A stretch of DNA of 64,000 bases, taken from assembly GCA_044892525.1 (NCBI GenBank), contig CM097886.1:103230001-103294000 (forward strand), in the 5' to 3' direction. The stretch comes from Schmidtea polychroa (Eukaryota). The translations under genes were made by a program, and so were the position numbers. This document shows, one piece after another, positions 12,957 to 26,569 of this stretch; position 1 is the stretch's first letter; each line of letters starts with the position of its first letter. Under the pieces are notes generated by a model. The model saw nothing but the letters and a program-made list of their open reading frames with translations, was not told where the DNA came from and searched no databases.

Positions 12957-13898
12957 TAAAACAGTGATCTATAGTCGATATGAAGATAAATATAAATTTT
13001 AAAATATATTACATTATAAGAAAACTTAAAATATTTCCAATTCATGCCGATGCACGATTTATTATTTATATCATTTCTATTTCCTAATTGGTTTCCCATC
13101 TGCGTCATCTGATTAAGATTAACAAAAAATACTCTACAATTAAAATCTCACGACGATTTTCAAAAAGTAATTTAAAATTATAAAATCGCGTATATTTTTT
13201 TAGAAATTTAAACAACTCTCAACAAGATTTTTATATCACGTACTTGTAAAAGAAATTATTATTTCTTGAAAAAGTTAGAAATATTCAAATCGATATTTTT
13301 AATTCATTTTTCTGAAATTATTTGTAAAATTCTATAAATTATTTTAATTAGTGAGATAATATAAATAAAATAAAATTCAAAAGTGCTTTTCAATTTATTT
13401 TAATTTTCCGTTTCAAATTTACGGAAGTAGGCTAAATATATTTTGAAATGTTAATAATTATTTTCATTATCAGAGGTCTAGCCATGTTCATCGTGGAAGA
13501 GTTTCTAAATAGGTTTCTACAGAAATATAGTAGTGCATTGTACCGGAAGAGAGTTTATTATAAGCGTCGCAAAAGAGTGAAGGATAAAAGCGATGAAATT
13601 TCGTCTATCAACGCATTTCTTTCATAAACGTACATATATCATTAAAAAGATGTTAATATTTTTTTGTTCCCCCACTGACTCATTACTCCGCTCAGTCTAT
13701 TTCGAATAATTTTTTTTACAAAATAAGACATTTATAAATATAATGATACAAATAATGATACAAATTAGAATATCATTTTTTTACATAAATACGAAAATAT
13801 CTAGCAGTATTATTAAAAATGATGGTATATAAAATATACTAATTTGTATAAGATATATGAGAAAGGATAATAATGTAAATTTCTAAACTGTTGTATTG

Positions 13899-14246
13899 TA
13901 GGGGTTCCTAACCTTTTTGATGTTATGGAACAATTTTAATTATAAGAAAATGTTGCAGAGCACCAATATCATAAATAAAATCTGATTTATTAATAAAATA
14001 AAATGAACATCGTTTTTATTTACACAAGTTACAAAAATAAATATTAAATAAGAAAAAAAATGACAGAAAAACTGTCGAAATTAATCGTGAAAAGAATGTT
14101 TGATTGGCGTTATCTTATAATTAAATCATTGCCATGTATGTTTAACTATTTATTCATAAATAAGAAAAAATCATTATAAAATAGCTAGTTTCTTATTTAG
14201 CGGAGCACTTGTAACATTCGCGTGGAGCACCAGTTGGAAACCATTG
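13899..14246. mobile_element. hAT (Charlie-like) MITE
   Basis: Ends TAGGGGTTCCTAACCTTTTT and GGAGCACCAGTTGGAAACCATTG. Flanks ttgtattg / ttgtgtag may be a degraded TSD. Confidence 0.5.
14061..14121 (+). repeat. Truncated copy of the Penelope hammerhead region (3' half only)
   Basis: tgacag-aaaaa-ctgtc-GAAA-ttaa-TC-gtgaaaagaa...gttatcttataatt matches 4720-4770 but lacks the CTGATGA box. Confidence 0.75.
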
Positions 14247-14749
14247 TTGTGTAGTATTGTAGATTATTATTAATTAATTTAAAGAATATAAATACAATTA
14301 CCTTACAACTATCCGAAATTCTTTTTATTAATAAATAGATAAAATTAATGTCACTATACAATGACATTTTCATAATTGTAATATGGAAGATCCAATCCAA
14401 AATTTTTCTTTAGTAAAGCTTCATAAAGACTTAAGATAATTTACGATTTATCAGTGAATTGTAGAAATCAAAATTTCTATGATACAATCTTTAGTGGTAT
14501 ACAAACGTTTCAGCTTTGAAGTTCAAATGCGCCAAAACCCTGTAAAATACATCGAAGAATGAAATGTTGGTTTTATTGTAAAATGGACGGTTAGAATTTC
14601 AAATAGTCTTTCTATCCCTTCTATATCCTGAAAATTATTTCTTTATACCCTTGATTTGCTGAATGGTTGTTGCAATTGGAAAATAGAAACATAAAACAAG
14701 ACCAATCTGAATTTATGACTATATACATATAATTGCTAATTTTATTATT

Positions 14750-14784
14750 TTGATTTCCGTGCAACGCCGGGTATTTCAACTAGT
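14750..14784 (+). mobile_element. Helitron 3' terminus
   Basis: GC-rich hairpin ccgtgcaacgccggg followed about 9 nt later by CTAG|T. Confidence 0.55.
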
Positions 14785-14959
14785 AAATATTAATATATTT
14801 AAAATCGGTTTATTTTTGACTCCTCGTGTGCCCACGTAACTACGGCAGACAGCCCAATGGGTAGTCAACTTGTTTTGAATGTTAAATTATTTTGGAATTT
14901 CAATAAAAGTTTGTTACTTTTTTTCGCTGATATATGCTTGGTTAATTTTTAAAAAAATT

Positions 14960-16240
14960 ATTTGAACTTTTTTTCTCTTCAACCAGACTGGTAATTTGCT
15001 TTTCAGCAGCTCTCCTTTTATAATCTGTCTTTGAAAACAATTTAATTATCGTTCAAATCAATTCCCAAAATTCGGATCTAATTGCATCCACAAAAATCAA
15101 ATTGTTCGGCCTCATCTTTGGTGATTTATTTAAAAATAAATCTGATCATTTGTTGAGGATACCTAAATGAAAATAACATAATAAATAAATAAAATTACCC
15201 GGGGGAAGATCGTCATGACAAACGGGGTAATCTATGGGAACTCAGAAAAGAAAACGGAAATAAAAAGAAATTAAAAATGAGAAAGATAAAGGAAATAAAA
15301 GGAATCAAACATGAAAATAAAAACCAAGGGCAGTACTAATTAATTAGTACAAAAAGGAAAAAGAATTTTGAAATCAGGAAAAATTAAAACAACAATATCC
15401 TTATCTCGACAGCTCGCCAGTGATAACAGAATTAATGGGAGAAGGTGGTCAAACAAAAAAGGAAAAGGGAAAATAATTTGACAGCTGTCAGAGATAAAAA
15501 TGGGACAGTCGGAGAAAGCAGGAGAAAGAAAATGGAAAAACACTTGATTATCTGGAGTGCCACAAGAGAAGCAAACTATATAAGGGAAAACTGGTGGAAC
15601 AAAATTAGAACAAATTTAGAGACAAAATTAGAGACAAGAAGTGACGCGAATTTAAGAGACAAATTGTGAGATATTTGAGAGTCACGTATAAAGACAGTTT
15701 GAGAGATAAAATTATTAGAGAAAATTAGACAACGTCGGACGAAACGTTGTTGGAGAAACGATTTGTGAAAAGAATTGTAAAGAAAATAATTGTGAGTAAA
15801 ACGTATTGGAGAAGATTTAAATCAAAGAATTTGTTGGAAAATTAAACGAAAAGAAGTTACTTAATTATTTGAATAAACTTGTGAAGAAGGTCAAAGAAAA
15901 CAACCAGCTCAAAGTCCCAGTTGATAAACCAATCAGTAATTTGTAATCTTTTAATCCGGTGTTATACGCAAGTGCTATTCCTCACCGAGTGTTGTAATAA
16001 GCATTGTATACTCACCAAGTAGAGGGTTGAATTTATTGTCAGTGTAGAGAGAAAGTTTATTTGTGGTTATCAATAAAGATTTCTGTTGTCAAGTGTTATT
16101 TGTGAATCCTATAAAGACACGCTTAGAGTCAGAGTAACATTTAAAATTATCACCAACTCAATAACCCAACACATTTAATAATCTCTCTGAGTTTCCTCAC
16201 TGCTCGGCTGTCTATACGCACGGACGTCCCATTAGCCGAT
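14960..16240 (-). pseudogene. Non-LTR retrotransposon RT remnant, split by the solo LTR at 15151-16171
   Basis: Removing the LTR gives VRKLREIIK*SDLFLNKS followed by IRILGIDLND, resembling the SGL.LN..K and KYLGI RT motifs. Heavily decayed. Confidence 0.35.
15151..16171 (+). mobile_element. Solo LTR (TGTTGAGG...CCCAACA family), 1021 bp
   Basis: TG...CA termini, 4-bp TSD CATT on both sides, AATAAA near the 3' end. Homologous to 46122-46930 in inverted orientation. Confidence 0.85.
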
Positions 16241-17457
16241 TAATTGATTTTAATTAGTTTGTTATTCTATTATAACTTTCTCTATAGACCCCTAAATAAA
16301 TTTCTATTATTATTTTTTATTCGTCTCATAATTTGGTGTTCAAACCATACTCATATCCCCCGACCAATATTAATTTTCAAATTTTATAAATTTGTAATTA
16401 ATTTTTGCACTTTTATTATTTTTATTTTTTTATTGATTTTACCTGAGCTTCTATTTTATTTTCTGCCTTTATATATCTTTAAAATTATAATTAATATATA
16501 TTTTATTAAATGTGTGGATTATTTTTCAATCCAAATATTCCACATATTTATTTCATTAATTGATAATAACTGAATATTTAGACGAGTAAATAATGGAAAG
16601 TTTCAGTCATTTCAAAGATATGTATGGCGATGAGGGTCAACATTATTCACCACAAACGACCAAAGATTAAAAAGATATAAAAGACAAAAAAATTAATTTT
16701 TAAGTATTTATCTTTAGTTATATCTTTTAACTTTTCACAATTTTCCAATAAACAACTTTTTTTATTTTTAACCACATGTTAAAATTTACATTTATTTACA
16801 TTTATTTATTTATTATTCGAAATTGACCAATTATCAACACAAGGTTGTATATAAAGGTATTTTTATAAGTCTAAGCATTCAAGACCTTTGACAAAGGACA
16901 TAACTTTACAATGCTCAGGCACAGATGATGATGATAAGAATAAAATAAGAAAAGGTGATAATAATAAAAACGATAATCTTAACGTTGATTATAAATATTA
17001 TGGACAATGATGATGAAGAACCTGTTGAATTGTCAAATGATGATTTGTTAGGGGACAGCAACATTTACAATTTCAAAATATGGTGTTATTGAGTGAAACC
17101 TTGGACAAATATATCAAGGACAGCAAGAGTAATTAAAATATTTTTCTGACCCTATGAGATACATCTGAAATAATTGTTCTCTGATCAATAACATGTTCAG
17201 TAAGATTATATCTCAAGTTATATTTGATTTATTTTTGATTATATCAGAAGGGTCGTGTATAATTTTTGAATGAGTGGGGCAAATACGTTTTATGATCGTA
17301 TTTTTTAAACAAATTGCACTGTCATTTCGGAACAGTAAAATTGACCACTTTTTACTCTCTCAAATAATGAATTACAGTCGCTTCTCAGTTTTGATGCCAT
17401 GTATACAATCTGATGGCCATAAAACATTAATGGAAAACAAAATGACAAATTTGATGG

Positions 17458-18523
17458 TGCTAGGTTTTAGTTAATTTAAGTCGGTAGCCTCTGACTCCTC
17501 GTGTCCTTATAATCAAAACAATGAACTACCCAACGTATATTTGTATCACAAAATATTTTCTTTTCTCAACAATAAATAATCAAAGTTAAGTTTGACCGAT
17601 TCTCCGCTCGGCGTTGATGCTTTGACAAAAGATAATATTCACCTTTTATTTCCTTAGGTTCTCTTGACCGACGTTTTCCTTTTCTCTTGGATTTGATCCC
17701 TTTTCACCTTTTCGTATTCCTATTCTATATATATTTTCCCTAATCTCTTTAATTCGTTTTAACCTTTCGCCTAGTCTCGTTTCTTCTTACCCTAACTGAG
17801 CAAAATGCCCATTTGCTCTGACTTTCCCATTTCTTATATATTCTTCAAAATCGGGATCACAAATGGTTATTGCCGAGCCAATCTCTCACTTGACATTCGA
17901 CTCCACATATCTGCTTCGGCTATCACCCATAATGGTCCAACGAACAAAGATAATTAATGGCCCGTCCGACCTTTCTGCATGTCCTATCTTCTTCTTGGTC
18001 TTTTCCCATTAATCATTGTGTCACGATAATGGACCCAAATCTTCTTTCTATTTACTTTTCTCTTTGTTTACCCAGCTCGGGTTTCCTTCATCTCTCGGGT
18101 TCTCCATTCGCTCGGGTTTCCCATTCGCTCGGGTTTCCCATTCGCTCGGGTTTGTTATTAGCCAATTAATTAATTAATTAACGCTTTCTGTTTTAACACA
18201 TTTGAATGCTTTTCAACCCTTTCTAACCGTTTTCTGATAAATCCCTATTCATCATCTTGTTGACCATTAGCTAATCTATACCTGTCCCGTTTTCCCAATT
18301 CAATTTTGATGATTTTACAATTTATTGATTTTTCTCGGATTTACGGATTCTTGCCTTTCGCAACTGCTTTTGCCATTTCCTAATACTGCTTCCATCATAC
18401 TTTCCTTTACTATCAATTCTGTGCATGATCACGCTTTTATTTGTCTTTTTCCTTCACCTGCTTTTTATTTAAATTTTCAACCTAAATTTCATTTAAATTT
18501 ATTTTAATTTACTGACCTCAACA
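17458..18523 (-). mobile_element. Solo LTR, 1066 bp
   Basis: TGTTGAGG start at 18523, CA end at 17458, TSD ATGG on both sides. Full-length homolog of 33596-34654. Internal tandem (CTCGGGTTTCCCATTCG) units. Confidence 0.9.
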
Positions 18524-19264
18524 ATGGTTTTGGGGAATTCTAAAATAAATTAGTTTTACATCGCTGAGAGTATTCCTGGGTCTCTGAATATTAATAAATT
18601 ATTGGTAAGTTTTTATGACCATAACTTTTTTTGTTTATCACTTCGAACTATAGTTAAGGTATAAAGATTTCATTACTATCATGTATCTTTTTCCCCTTTG
18701 ATCTAATTTAATTTATGATTTTATTTAGCTTTGTTCAGTTTTTAATTATAGATCACCTCTTAAGATATGCATTAGCGCTCAAATGTAATTAACCTAAACT
18801 TGGTGAACCGCTTGAATTATCTATCTGTAACATCATTTCGTAGAAATTCTTCTTATTTCGCCATTTATTTCATTGTTTTGAAATGATCAGAGATACTTTT
18901 GAGTTTCAAAGTGATAGAGAGTGAACATTTTGAAACTTCGCTGTTTGATTTTCAGAAACTTGACCAATGTCATTAAGTACCTAAAAGAAACAAAATTGTC
19001 AATTTGGTAAGCTGTTTGTATGACGATAATAATATTTCAATTGACATGAGCAAGTAGACCTTTTGAATAAACTTAGTAAAAAATTGTAATTAATTGAGTT
19101 AAATTTAATTTCACATTACTATATTTACCTCATTTTATGACATATTTTGTCCATGTATTTCATTCTTAAAAGGAATAAGTAAATCTCCCAAATGTATTTT
19201 AATAAGATTTTAAAATCCGCATTAAGACCATCATCGAAAAAAGAAATTTTTGAAAATAAATTAA

Positions 19265-19457
19265 CCCTTTCCTATCTTGTGTCTATAAAAATATGACAAA
19301 AAAATAACCATGACATAATAATGACCATGAAAATGATATACAAGATGCACAGTTGAGCACTGACGATGATGACGATAATTCTTGAGAAGAAAATTTTTTA
19401 AAATTTTATTAGGATTGGAACGGGCGGGACACATAAAATAAAGAAGATAGGAAAGGG
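19265..19457. mobile_element. piggyBac-type MITE, 193 bp
   Basis: TTAA|CCCTTTCCTATCTT ... AAGATAGGAAAGGG|TTAA: perfect 14-bp TIR with TTAA TSD. Confidence 0.9.
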
Positions 19458-21141
19458 TTAAAGATTGAAATGTAATAGTTAAATAAGTACAAAATAAATA
19501 TGATTTTTATTATTTCTTTTATTTTCAGTTGAACTGGCATAATTTACTATTCCAATCGGATATTTGAGATATTCTTTGATATATTATATCATTCACAGAA
19601 TGATATACATATCAATTTGAACTTCACCAATTTCCCGAAAGGAAAAGTAACTGAATTTTATAAATACATAATTTTCCATTATTTATCATAAAATAATTGA
19701 ATTATTTTCTGAACAGGAATTGAAATAATTGCCTTTATTTATTTATTCTAATAAAATTATAGGTTTTCTAATTTGTTTCACAATTCGTTTATAACCTGGT
19801 TAAAAATTTATTGTTTCTTTTAAAGTACCCATTATATATTACTTATTAATTTGTTTAACTTTATTCATAAATAATCACATAAAAATTTAAATATTGTTTT
19901 GTTTGTATAATGCAATAATTTTGTTGGTTATTTAATGGAATTCACGTTTTGTGAAATTTGACTATAAAAGAGTCGTTAAATGTTTATAAATGGTTTAAAA
20001 AATATTATATGAGAAATATAAATAATAAACGAACATCTAAACGATAACCTATTAGTATGCTTCAAATAACAAGTGTTTAATATGACCTTGTTTTTCTAAC
20101 TTCAATGTTAAAAAACGATATTTTAATAATATTTATTTAATAAAAACCAAATTCAAACATATCCTAAAAACACTATTTAAACTACTTATTAATTGTATAA
20201 TCTAGATAAGCAATATTATTGTTTTAAATCATATATTGTTGCATATATTTCATATACTAAAATACATATTTCTAATAATTACATACATATCATTCATCGA
20301 GATCATTGTAACTTGGTTAGATAATTGACTTCTTATCGAATATTATATATATATATATTCTTCTCGTTTTAAAAAATTAACATAATTTCTTTTATTATTA
20401 AAATGATGATTGCTTGGTAGCAGCATTTATTATTTAAAACAATAAAATGATAATTTAAGCCTTTTGCTGCAAATAATGTATTTAATGAAAGAATTTTNNN
20501 NNNNNNNNNNNNNNNNNNNNNNNNNNNNNNNNNNNNNNNNNNNNNNNNNNNNNNNNNNNNNNNNNNNNNNNNNNNNNNNNNNNNNNNNNNNNNNNNNNNN
20601 NNNNNNNNNNNNNNNNNNNNNNNNNNNNNNNNNNNNNTAAGTAGATTTTGTTTCATAATAAAATATTATTCATTTAATTTATTTAGCATTTTTATAACCT
20701 CTTATTGAAACTTTTTTCAAATTATTTTTAAAAATTTCAGACAAAAACAAAATTTTATTTTTCATCTCTGAATAAATTGAAATAGAATGCCTATAGTTTG
20801 TAATTTATTATAGATTTTTTTTATTACCGTCAGCTGCAATAACAGTTTTCATGTCTCCTTTCAATAAGAAATTATTGACAATAATCTCTCTATGGATTCA
20901 GTCATTTTAATTTTTTAACAAAAAAATAACGAAAATTTAAAAAATTTAAAATTTTTTAAATAATTGTTATTAATAATAACAGAAATGTAAAAGTTTAAAA
21001 TTTATTTCAACATTAGTTTTAATGAATAATTTTTTAATATACCAATAAAGTTCCTAAAAATAACAGCAAATGTTTGAACACTTCAAATATCATTCTTCAT
21101 TTCGGAGAATTGTAATCTAATATTAAGGCATGTATTCTATT

Positions 21142-22445
21142 TATTGGGTTATTATTTATTAATGTCGGTACTGGTTTTGACTCCTCGTGCTCTTTCTCTT
21201 AAATTGTCAAATATGACATAACACAGAATAATTTATTGAAAATCAATATGCACCTTTTGAAGATAACTTCAGGGTAAGAATCGCAATTGGAAACTGCATT
21301 TATTTATCTAGATATTTTCTCGCTGTTTCTTTTATTGTAACTTTGAGTCAGAGTGTACTTCGCTCTCCTTGTTTTTGTTTATAACCTCTCGCGGTTTTCA
21401 CATGACTCGGGTTTATTCTCTTGTTTTTATTATTATTCTAGTTAATTAGTTTGTATTTTAGGAATATCTTTTCTTACGACCCAATTGATTTTATATTATT
21501 ATATATGTATGCATATAATTGTTTTTTAACCATACATGCCCTTTTCCCTCGGAATATTTCAATTTTAATTTTTGTAAGTTTCGAATGTTATCGGTTTGCA
21601 CGTTTAATTCTTTTTGCATATCTAAATTTTTTATGGTACTTTAGACCGGTATTTCTTAAACTTTCTGGTACTTCAGAACCCCATAATTTTTTTTTGTCGT
21701 TTTCGTGGAAACCCTTCGGAAATATTTATTGTCAGATAAGTATTATCCACTTATATTATAATTCTCCTTTTGACATATATTTATCGATCAAAAAGGGGGT
21801 GAATTTAGTTTAAGCAATTTAAAAAGAGAAAATGTCATATTAATGAACTTTCATAATTTATTTGAAAAAAGAGTAACAATGAAAATAAAAATAAATTTTT
21901 TTTACTAAGAAAGAAGTTTTTATTATAATTAAATATATACAAGTATTTAATAAAAACATATATTAATCCAAAAATACATTTGATTCTAAAAAAACATTAA
22001 ATTATGTATCAATGGGAAGAATGAGCTTGCATTGACTTGCATAAATCTTCAATATTACAATCGATGTCAAATTTAATCAATTCTGTTGTTTGGTCTTGGT
22101 TAGTGACTGTTGAAAATCCGCTTTCACATAAATAAGTGGAAGGAAATGGAAGAATAGTTTGAAATGCTTTGTTCCCCTTGTACTCGCCATTAATTTGGAT
22201 CTAAAATTTAGCAAGAGATGAATTTTCTTTTAAATTTTTCAATGTCACGTCTGATGAGAGATCAGTTAATAAATCTTCTTCACTAGAGATAATACATTTC
22301 TTGTATTTGTGAAATTGAATGGATTTAAAACCCACAATGTTTTTACATTAAAATTCAAATTCGAATGAAATGTCTAGTTGTTTGCAGAACCTTAGGGTTC
22401 CATGAAATATAGTTTTAGAAACACAGCTTTAGACAAACCACAACA
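21142..22445 (-). mobile_element. Solo LTR of the same group (about 516 bp) carrying a nested hAT
   Basis: TGTTGTGG start at 22445. The end region TATTGGG...GTCGG...GACTCCTCGTG matches the 17458 and 34654 LTR ends. TSD TATT on both sides. Confidence 0.7.
21647..22426 (-). mobile_element. hAT (Charlie/Buster-like) deletion derivative, 780 bp
   Basis: TIR-like ends CTGTGTTTCTAAAAC / CGGTATTTCTTAAAC and perfect 8-bp TSD CTTTAGAC. Internal WVLNPF...ILPFPSTYLCESGFS...QAHSSH* is a hAT dimerization domain. Confidence 0.9.
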
Positions 22446-25400
22446 TATTATTATTAATATTTAATTTGTTTATATTATTTGTTTATATTCATTTGAAAAT
22501 AGAGGTTGAAAAGTTGAAATATAATGCGGAAGAACAAAGTATTAAGAGGTAAACATTTTAATCTTAAAATTCTCTTCACTAACAATCAACTCAACTTTAA
22601 GATCTTCAGAGAATCATGGTAAATGATCTTTCAATTCGTGTAGCACATGAATCTTGGAATATAAGGCAAAAACATTTGTACAATTGAAAATTTCAAGACG
22701 CCAAATAGAATGTTTTTTTCGAAACCGCAATTCATAATAAACTCTAAAGAAAGAACTAGATAGAATCATTTACCAGATTATTTGATAATTTTAATGAAAT
22801 ACACTAAGTAAAACTTTCATAGAACGCAATAATTACCAATATATTTATAAGTTTGAAGATAATTTAGTGTATTTCTTAGAGGTTTTTAAAGCTAATATTT
22901 TTAAAATTAAAATGAAGATTGTAAATAATTTAAAAATCATTAAAAGAATATCAATGATTAAAAATTAAAATATTGTATTCTGAAATAATTTTTAAAATAA
23001 TATTTAAATTAAATTTATGACCAATAAAAATGAAGATAAAATATTTTTAAAGAAAACAGAAGCACACGTTGGTTATTTTGACAAACATCAGAAATAAANN
23101 NNNNNNNNNNNNNNNNNNNNNNNNNNNNNNNNNNNNNNNNNNNNNNNNNNNNNNNNNNNNNNNNNNNNNNNNNNNNNNNNNNNNNNNNNNNNNNNNNNNN
23201 NNNNNNNNNNNNNNNNNNNNNNNNNNNNNNNNNNNNNNNNNNNNNNNNNNNNNNNNNNNNNNNNNNNNNNNNNNNNNNNNNNNNNNNNNNNNNNNNNNNN
23301 NNNNNNNNNNNNNNNNNNNNNNNNNNNNNNNNNNNNNNNNNNNNNNNNNNNNNNNNNNNNNNNNNNNNNNNNNNNNNNNNNNNNNNNNNNNNNNNNNNNN
23401 NNNNNNNNNNNNNNNNNNNNNNNNNNNNNTCTTTTAATAATTATATGCTGATATGTGTTTGTCAAATAAAATCTCATACATATAGTGTGAATTCATGATA
23501 AGATACAATAAACAATATTCGGTAAGTTATTATTTTATTTTAATTTATTAAATTAATTCACAATTTAAAGTTGTTTTGAGCTGTTACCACCAATGACTCA
23601 GGTTTACGTTAAAGTTGAAAGTATAAGTGTCCTAGTTATGGAAATATTGCACTGACATGGGAAATTTAGAAATCAAAAACTTTAAAATGAAAAGTGATTT
23701 GAATAATTGTATTTAATCCTTGATACAAGTTATAATAATGTATGAAGTCAATATCCATAAGGGTTTGTGTTATTTCAGGGTTAATGATGATTAATGATGT
23801 TTTATAATAAAGTTCATACGCTAAATTCACTTTTCTTTATTGTTTCTTGATTCGTTTCTATGTCTTTTTTATATCTGCAGTGAAATCGAAAAGACTGTTA
23901 TAGTTTAATTATGTTTCCTTAATTTGAAAGACCATAATAATAACTTATAGGTTCATGGAAATCTGCGAAATTTATGCTGACCTCCTTATAAAATGACATT
24001 ATTTTACTCAATAATAACATTTTTTTAGCTCCTATACTTTATTATTATTTTTAAAGTGATTTTGTAACTAAAAATAACTTTTTGCTTTTCCAGGTTCAAG
24101 ATCCTTTTCTATTACTTAGTATTTTTAAATTTTTCATTTCTATTTTGAACTATTTATACATTTAGATAGCATTTAATCTATTAAATTAGCGTGACAAAGT
24201 CATGGAAAAATCTTCCATCTGTTTTTAATGTAATTGCAGTCAATTAATACTACTGATTTCATTGTCATAAGACATTGATTTTGTTAAGAAAATTTGATAT
24301 ACTTTTTTGGAATAAAACTTTGTTACAAACAAAAATATTTGTTCTTGTGTTTACTAAAGAATGCTTTAAAGGTCTGTTGGACCAGAATTTTGGATTCTCG
24401 ACTTTTTAACATACATATAATATACATATAGACATGTTTTTGAGAAAATTAAAGATGAAAGAACACGTGAAATACCCAAATGTATTTTCTGCAATTAATC
24501 CTTTTCTTCGTGGAACTGATTATCGAATTCTAAAATCATCTAACAATATCCTTCAGCAGGGTACCTCAATTAAAGAAACATCTAATAGCAACACATTAAC
24601 GACATTAATTTGAGATTTAAATCGACTTCAGATTTTGATTCATATGTTGAATGATTTGATAAGTGATATCGGAACAAGTTTATGCTTATGTAAAAATAAT
24701 TTGTGGCTTTTTTATGAATTTTAAAAAAATTGATGTTAAAAAATTAAAAAAACAAAATAACTAATTATTTGATTGTTATTGTTTTGTTTGAAATTGTAAG
24801 CTGTTGTTTACTTGCTTTCAATTGCAAAAAATTATTGACCAAATTATTGTTTTAATATTTCATATTGTTTCTATTATTAAAGGTTTTCCATTGAATTTTG
24901 TTATTAAAATATTCTAACGAGTTGATGCTAATAGTGGAATATAAATAGAAAAATAAAGCATAGATTAATTTTAAACCAAAAACTATTATTATNNNNNNNN
25001 NNNNNNNNNNNNNNNNNNNNNNNNNNNNNNNNNNNNNNNNNNNNNNNNNNNNNNNNNNNNNNNNNNNNNNNNNNNNNNNNNNNNNNNNNNNNNNNNNNNN
25101 NNNNNNNNNNNNNNNNNNNNNNNNNNNNNNNNNNNNNNNNNNNNNNNNNNNNNNNNNNNNNNNNNNNNNNNNNNNNNNNNNNNNNNNNNNNNNNNNNNNN
25201 NNNNNNNNNNNNNNNNNNNNNNNNNNNNNNNNNNNNNNNNNNNNNNNNTAAAGTCAAAACCCAAAGAGTTTAATTTCTTACAATACTACCAATAAATGTG
25301 TCAGATGTTAACTTTATTTTATCATGTCGGTAAATTATTCTTACATAATTATCATAAATAAATATCACCATATAATATGTCAATATCAGTTAATTCTTGG

Positions 25401-25449
25401 CATTGTATATTACATTCTCTTTTATCCATAACCATGAACTGCATTTCTA

Positions 25450-25830
25450 GTTGAACGTAGGTGCATCGGTTTTTTGTTCGAATACTGCCAATCAGTTTAT
25501 CGTCAAGAATTCTTTACACTTGATTGCAGTTCTTATGAATCATTCTTCCTTGCTTATCTAGCAAAGAATAAGTCCATTGATTTATTACAGATATTAGAAA
25601 CACTGTCTTTTCATATGCAATTATCCAATATGAATTTTTTCGTGAATTCCTCTTTTCCCATATTTTTACTGAATATTCTGTTTGTTTCTACTGCTTTCTA
25701 ATGAACTTCTGCATTCCTTCCATTCCCATTTCCCTTTATTTCAAGAATCATCATGGCAAACTATTCTTACACAATTTTACTAGAATAAATATTTCACCAT
25801 GTTGTATATATTATACTTTTATCACATGGC
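25450..25830 (-). pseudogene. Probable Gypsy integrase C-terminal remnant
   Basis: KIWEKRNSRK...VINQWTYSLLDKQGRMIHKNCNQV resembles the integrase tail at 3250-3400. Many stops. Confidence 0.35.
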
Positions 25831-26569
25831 TGTCATCGTANNNNNNNNNNNNNNNNNNNNNNNNNNNNNNNNNNNNNNNNNNNNNNNNNNNNNNNNNNNN
25901 NNNNNNNNNNNNNNNNNNNNNNNNNNNNNNNNNNNNNNNNNNNNNNNNNNNNNNNNNNNNNNNNNNNNNNNNNNNNNNNNNNNNNNATTGATCTTTCATT
26001 CAGTATTTGTTGTACAGAAAAAGATAACAAATGTTCCTGGCAATACAACAGATGTTTACATTATTTGTATATAAGTAAACTGACAAGAAATAAATGGTTG
26101 ATATAACCGATTGAGTGTGATACACCGCTTAATCAAAAATAACATTTTTAATATTTTCATTTTGTATTAACTTTTTTTGATAAAAATTATTGTATATTTA
26201 TTTATTTATAATATAAATTTTATATTATATTATCAGAACTAATATATTTAAAATATATTTTACAAATAACATTTACTTATATTTCACTGCCTTAAGAAAA
26301 TATTTTATATTTTACATTGTCAATTTTTCTTTTCATTAATCGAGATTTTTGTATACATAATATATTTAATTGCTAAATGTTCTATTTTTGAAAAACACTA
26401 AAACCTCAAAAAAACGAAATAAATTTTAAAGAAATTATCCTAAGGAAACTATTGATCGCTTTTTGATTGCGCCTGATAAAAACAATGGAAATTACAGTTC
26501 GTTTAATGTTAGCGAACCTTTAAAATTTAATGTTTTTAGTTATTTTATCTTTTAAGGATTTTTTCTATC

